Assembly: GCA_033442325.1 (NCBI GenBank)
Contig: JAWQFM010000020.1
Coordinates: forward strand, 416,575 to 480,574
Reading direction: 5' to 3'
Length of the DNA: 64,000 nucleotides
Source: Salpingoeca rosetta
Lineage: Eukaryota; Protista; Choanoflagellata
A model generated the notes under the pieces. It was given only the letters and a program-made list of their open reading frames with translations. It did no database searches and had not been told where the DNA came from. Made by a program: the position numbers and the translations under genes. Position 1 is the first letter of the stretch, and each line of letters opens with the position of its first letter. Shown one piece after another: positions 61,022 to 64,000 of this stretch.

Positions 61022-62266
61022 GGCAGTACACACAGATTTTCCCAGGTTAGAAGTAAGCATGGCGACAAGCAGCGAAGATGGATATGAGCCACCCGAAATG
61101 CATTCACGTGGCATCCAACAAGGCGTTGTAACGACAAGTCAGCAAAGCAAGCAAGCCAGCAAGCAAGCCTGCAAGCAAGCAAGGCGGTTTCCTGCCAAGC
61201 ATTCTTGCTCACCTCAAGGCGCCGCGAGCGCTCCCGCTCAGAGGCGAGCTGCTGCTCCAGGATTTGCACGCGGCCCTGTATCATGACAAACTCGCCCTTG
61301 AGCTGTCCCTGCGATGATGCTGTCTGGGTGATTCGATCCTCCAGCTGGTACAACCTTTGTACATTCAACGATGAACCGACGAGGGCACATGGGTGAGGCT
61401 GGGCGCCAAGTGGAAAGCAAAGGACAGGGATGCTATGGAACGGGGTGGTTCGCTTGTCATTGTGACAGGACACGATGAATCGCTTGTCGTGGGTGGATGT
61501 GCTTGAACAAGAGAGACGTGCACTTGTGTTACAGCAAGCTCACCAATCGTCAGACATGGAGAAGCTTGATTGAGTTGTTCCGCTTTGGGGGCGGTATCCT
61601 GCTCCAGGTGGCGGCGGTACTGGCTGCTGGGGATGGCCATGGTGGTGCGGGTGCTGGTGATGGCCACCGCCACCAACGCCTGGGTACTGCTGGGGACTGC
61701 GGCGAGGGTTGTAGCTAGAAGGAGATGGAGAAGTGGAATGATAAGAGGAGGGAAGGGCGGAGGGATAAAGAGATGGAGGGATAAGAGGATGGCAGTGATG
61801 TAAGGATGGTAGCGATACAAGGATGGTAGCGATAAGAGGATTTGAGGATAAGAGAAAAGCAAGCACAGAAAGCAGGAGGGAAGCAAAACAGGAAGGAAAA
61901 GCACAAGGCTACAAAGACGGAGCACCACAAAAAGGGAAGACCAGAGCACTGGCAGCGATGACGGGTTATCACGCACAACACCAGGTTGCAAAACGCACTT
62001 TGAGTCGCTGCCCGTGGAACGCATGAGTGGAGAATCCGTATGGCGCACTCCCCTGTCAACACGACAACAAGGTTGGTTTGTTTGAGGAGGCAGGCCCGAG
62101 ACATCCATGCAATGAAATGCAGTGAGAGGTTGTTCGTTCCCCGCAGGTTCGACCGACAGTGAGATACAAGTAGTAAAAGTACATGAGTGGCACAATCAAC
62201 TTGTTGGCACCAGCACACGCGCACACACACACGCACAAGCATACATCAACACATGTACGCACATGT

Positions 62267-62302
<36 letters not shown>

Positions 62303-62559
62303 CGGGGTGGCACGCAGACGTGCATGCGGTGCCTGCAGGCATCCATCACCACAAGAAAACCCCCCAGAGAACGAAAGAACTCAAACGACGACAAAGCAAG
62401 GGTGAGGGAGGTCTCAATAGCTCCAGAGAGAGGGGTGTGACATGCATAGATGCATGTTCCTCGAGAACATGACGTATGTACGTACTCGCGTGCTGATCTT
62501 CGAGGGAGGCTGCCCGCCCGGTTCGGCCTCACGCGCTGCTCCTCAGGCCAACCAGACAT
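55706..62559 (-). CDS. Scaffold protein: Pro/His-rich N-terminus, coiled coil, three PDZ domains, C-terminal -TDL
   Basis: Phase-consistent GT-AG exons from ATG 62559 (MSGWPEEQR). Coiled coil LYQLEDR...LEQQLASERERSRRLE. PDZ1 GHLVVNKLSQG..GLRKGDILRFVEG; PDZ2 SLGFGVRG...LFVGSLSDGSPAQRHG; PDZ3 PLGLTLGE...VQSVKEGGLAA...VGDVLVNVNG. Ends ...QPNTDL-TAG at 55706. Confidence 0.75.
57462..57561. other. Assembly gap (100 N) in a PDZ-gene intron
   Basis: Run of N. Confidence 1.
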
Positions 62560-62646
62560 CGTTGTTGTGGGTTGTTGTTGTTTTTCGTGTGTCCAAAACA
62601 AGGAATTGTTTAATTGCGGATGATTCCATGCTAAACTAAGCCGTGT

Positions 62647-63352
62647 TCACCACATGAACCGCTGCTCGTCAGCTGAGTCGGGCCAGCGGAAGGGGCGCTC
62701 CAAGAACAGGAACAGCACCATGGCGTTAACAAGCACATACGCAGCACCTGACACGTGTGTATGTATGTGTGTGTGTGTGTGTGTGTGTGCGTGTGTGTGT
62801 GCGTGTGTGCGTGTGTGTGTGTGTGTATTGTGTGTGTATTGTGTGTGTATGTGTGTTGTATTGTGTGTGTATTGTGTGTGCATTGTGTGTGTATTGTGTG
62901 CCTGTGCATGAATATGTGTGATACAGGTTGCATGTTTTGCCCAACCTTCTCCACACCCGAACACACAGCACACATCCATCCACACATAACAATCAAATCA
63001 ACGCACCAATGCAGAAACAACACAACACCTACGGTCCCGTTTCAGGTCAAAGCACAAACACCAACACAGGTTCACACGCACACACCTTCGAGGAGAAGCG
63101 CGCGTTTGCTGCTGGGCACCATGCGCACGCGGAAGAGAGCATACGGGATCAAGAAGTACCGGAACTCCAACAGCTGGCATGCACGGATGGATAGTTGGTT
63201 GGGCGGTTGTTTGGATGCATCAAGGAAACGAAGAAGCAAGATGAGGAGTTAGGTAGGGACCCAGTGAGCCAGAGACAATGCGTGTATGGGTGACTCAATA
63301 AACACGCACACTCCTACACACACCCCTACACACACGCACGCACGTCCACACC

Positions 63353-63414
<62 letters not shown>

Positions 63415-63721
63415 TCCACAAACACACATATATGTACAAGCATTGGCGCACGTGTGCTGGGACGAGCACGATGGTGGTGGCGGCGAAGAAGAGGACGTTG
63501 AGGAGGTGGCTCTTGGAGTCGGGGAGAATGACGGTGAGGATGGCCGGTGCAAATCCAAACAGCGGCGACAGCACCATGCGAAGCTGTGCGGAGAGAGGTA
63601 GAATTGGACGAAGGTGAAAGGCAGAACAAGCGAGTTGGGGGGTGAAGGCCAGCAGGGATGCCGAAATACAGCTGCAGATGGACACGCAGACACACACACA
63701 CACGCAGACACACACGCAGAC

Positions 63722-63818
<97 letters not shown>

Positions 63819-64000
63819 GGACAGACAGACATCAGCGCACCCACGCGACCACGTATCTGTTGGTGGCTCATCAGGCGCTTCCAGATATAAAAGTAAAGTG
63901 CCTGTTGTCCGACAGGAGGTAGGGGTGGTCGAGTGCGGAAACGCCATGACACAGCAGCAGTCATCATCAGTGCTGCAGACGGAACACACGCCCCGCCCGC
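62647..64000 (-). CDS. ALG10: ALG10/DIE2 alpha-1,2-glucosyltransferase, 3' exons (gene starts beyond the window end)
   Basis: HPYLLSDNRHFT/FYIWKR, LLEFRYFLIPY and the family C-terminus FLERPFRWPDSADEQRFMW-TGA (stop at 62647-62649). Confidence 0.9.

Overview
Eukaryotic, intron-dense genomic DNA with (CA)n/(GT)n microsatellites in most introns and four N-gaps. The style points to a choanoflagellate such as Salpingoeca rosetta (inferred, not verified). Eight spliced protein-coding genes can be reconstructed by hand: TRRAP/Tra1 (minus, 3' end runs off the window), ERp57/PDIA3-type disulfide isomerase (minus), TPX2 (plus, head-to-head with the PDI), RMND5/GID2 (minus, RING end apparently lost in a gap), a doublecortin-like kinase (minus), a KIF12/kinesin-16 (minus), a coiled-coil plus three-PDZ scaffold (minus) and the 3' end of ALG10 (minus). 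Most entries in the ORF track are microsatellite or antisense artefacts. No rRNA, tRNA, CRISPR array or transposase was recognised, and I found no clear-cut novel multi-gene system. The best leads are: (1) introns with a polarised UG-at-5'/CA-at-3' repeat layout, which could guide splicing through RNA structure; (2) an E2F/CDE-CHR-like element upstream of TPX2; (3) a DCLK carrying both an IQ motif and a CaMKI-like C-terminal segment; (4) a ~670-aa low-complexity insertion in TRRAP; (5) an 87-bp spacing between ALG10 and the PDZ gene. Several apparent frameshifts and a 700-bp tandem duplication look like assembly errors. All family assignments come from motifs recognised from memory, not from database searches.
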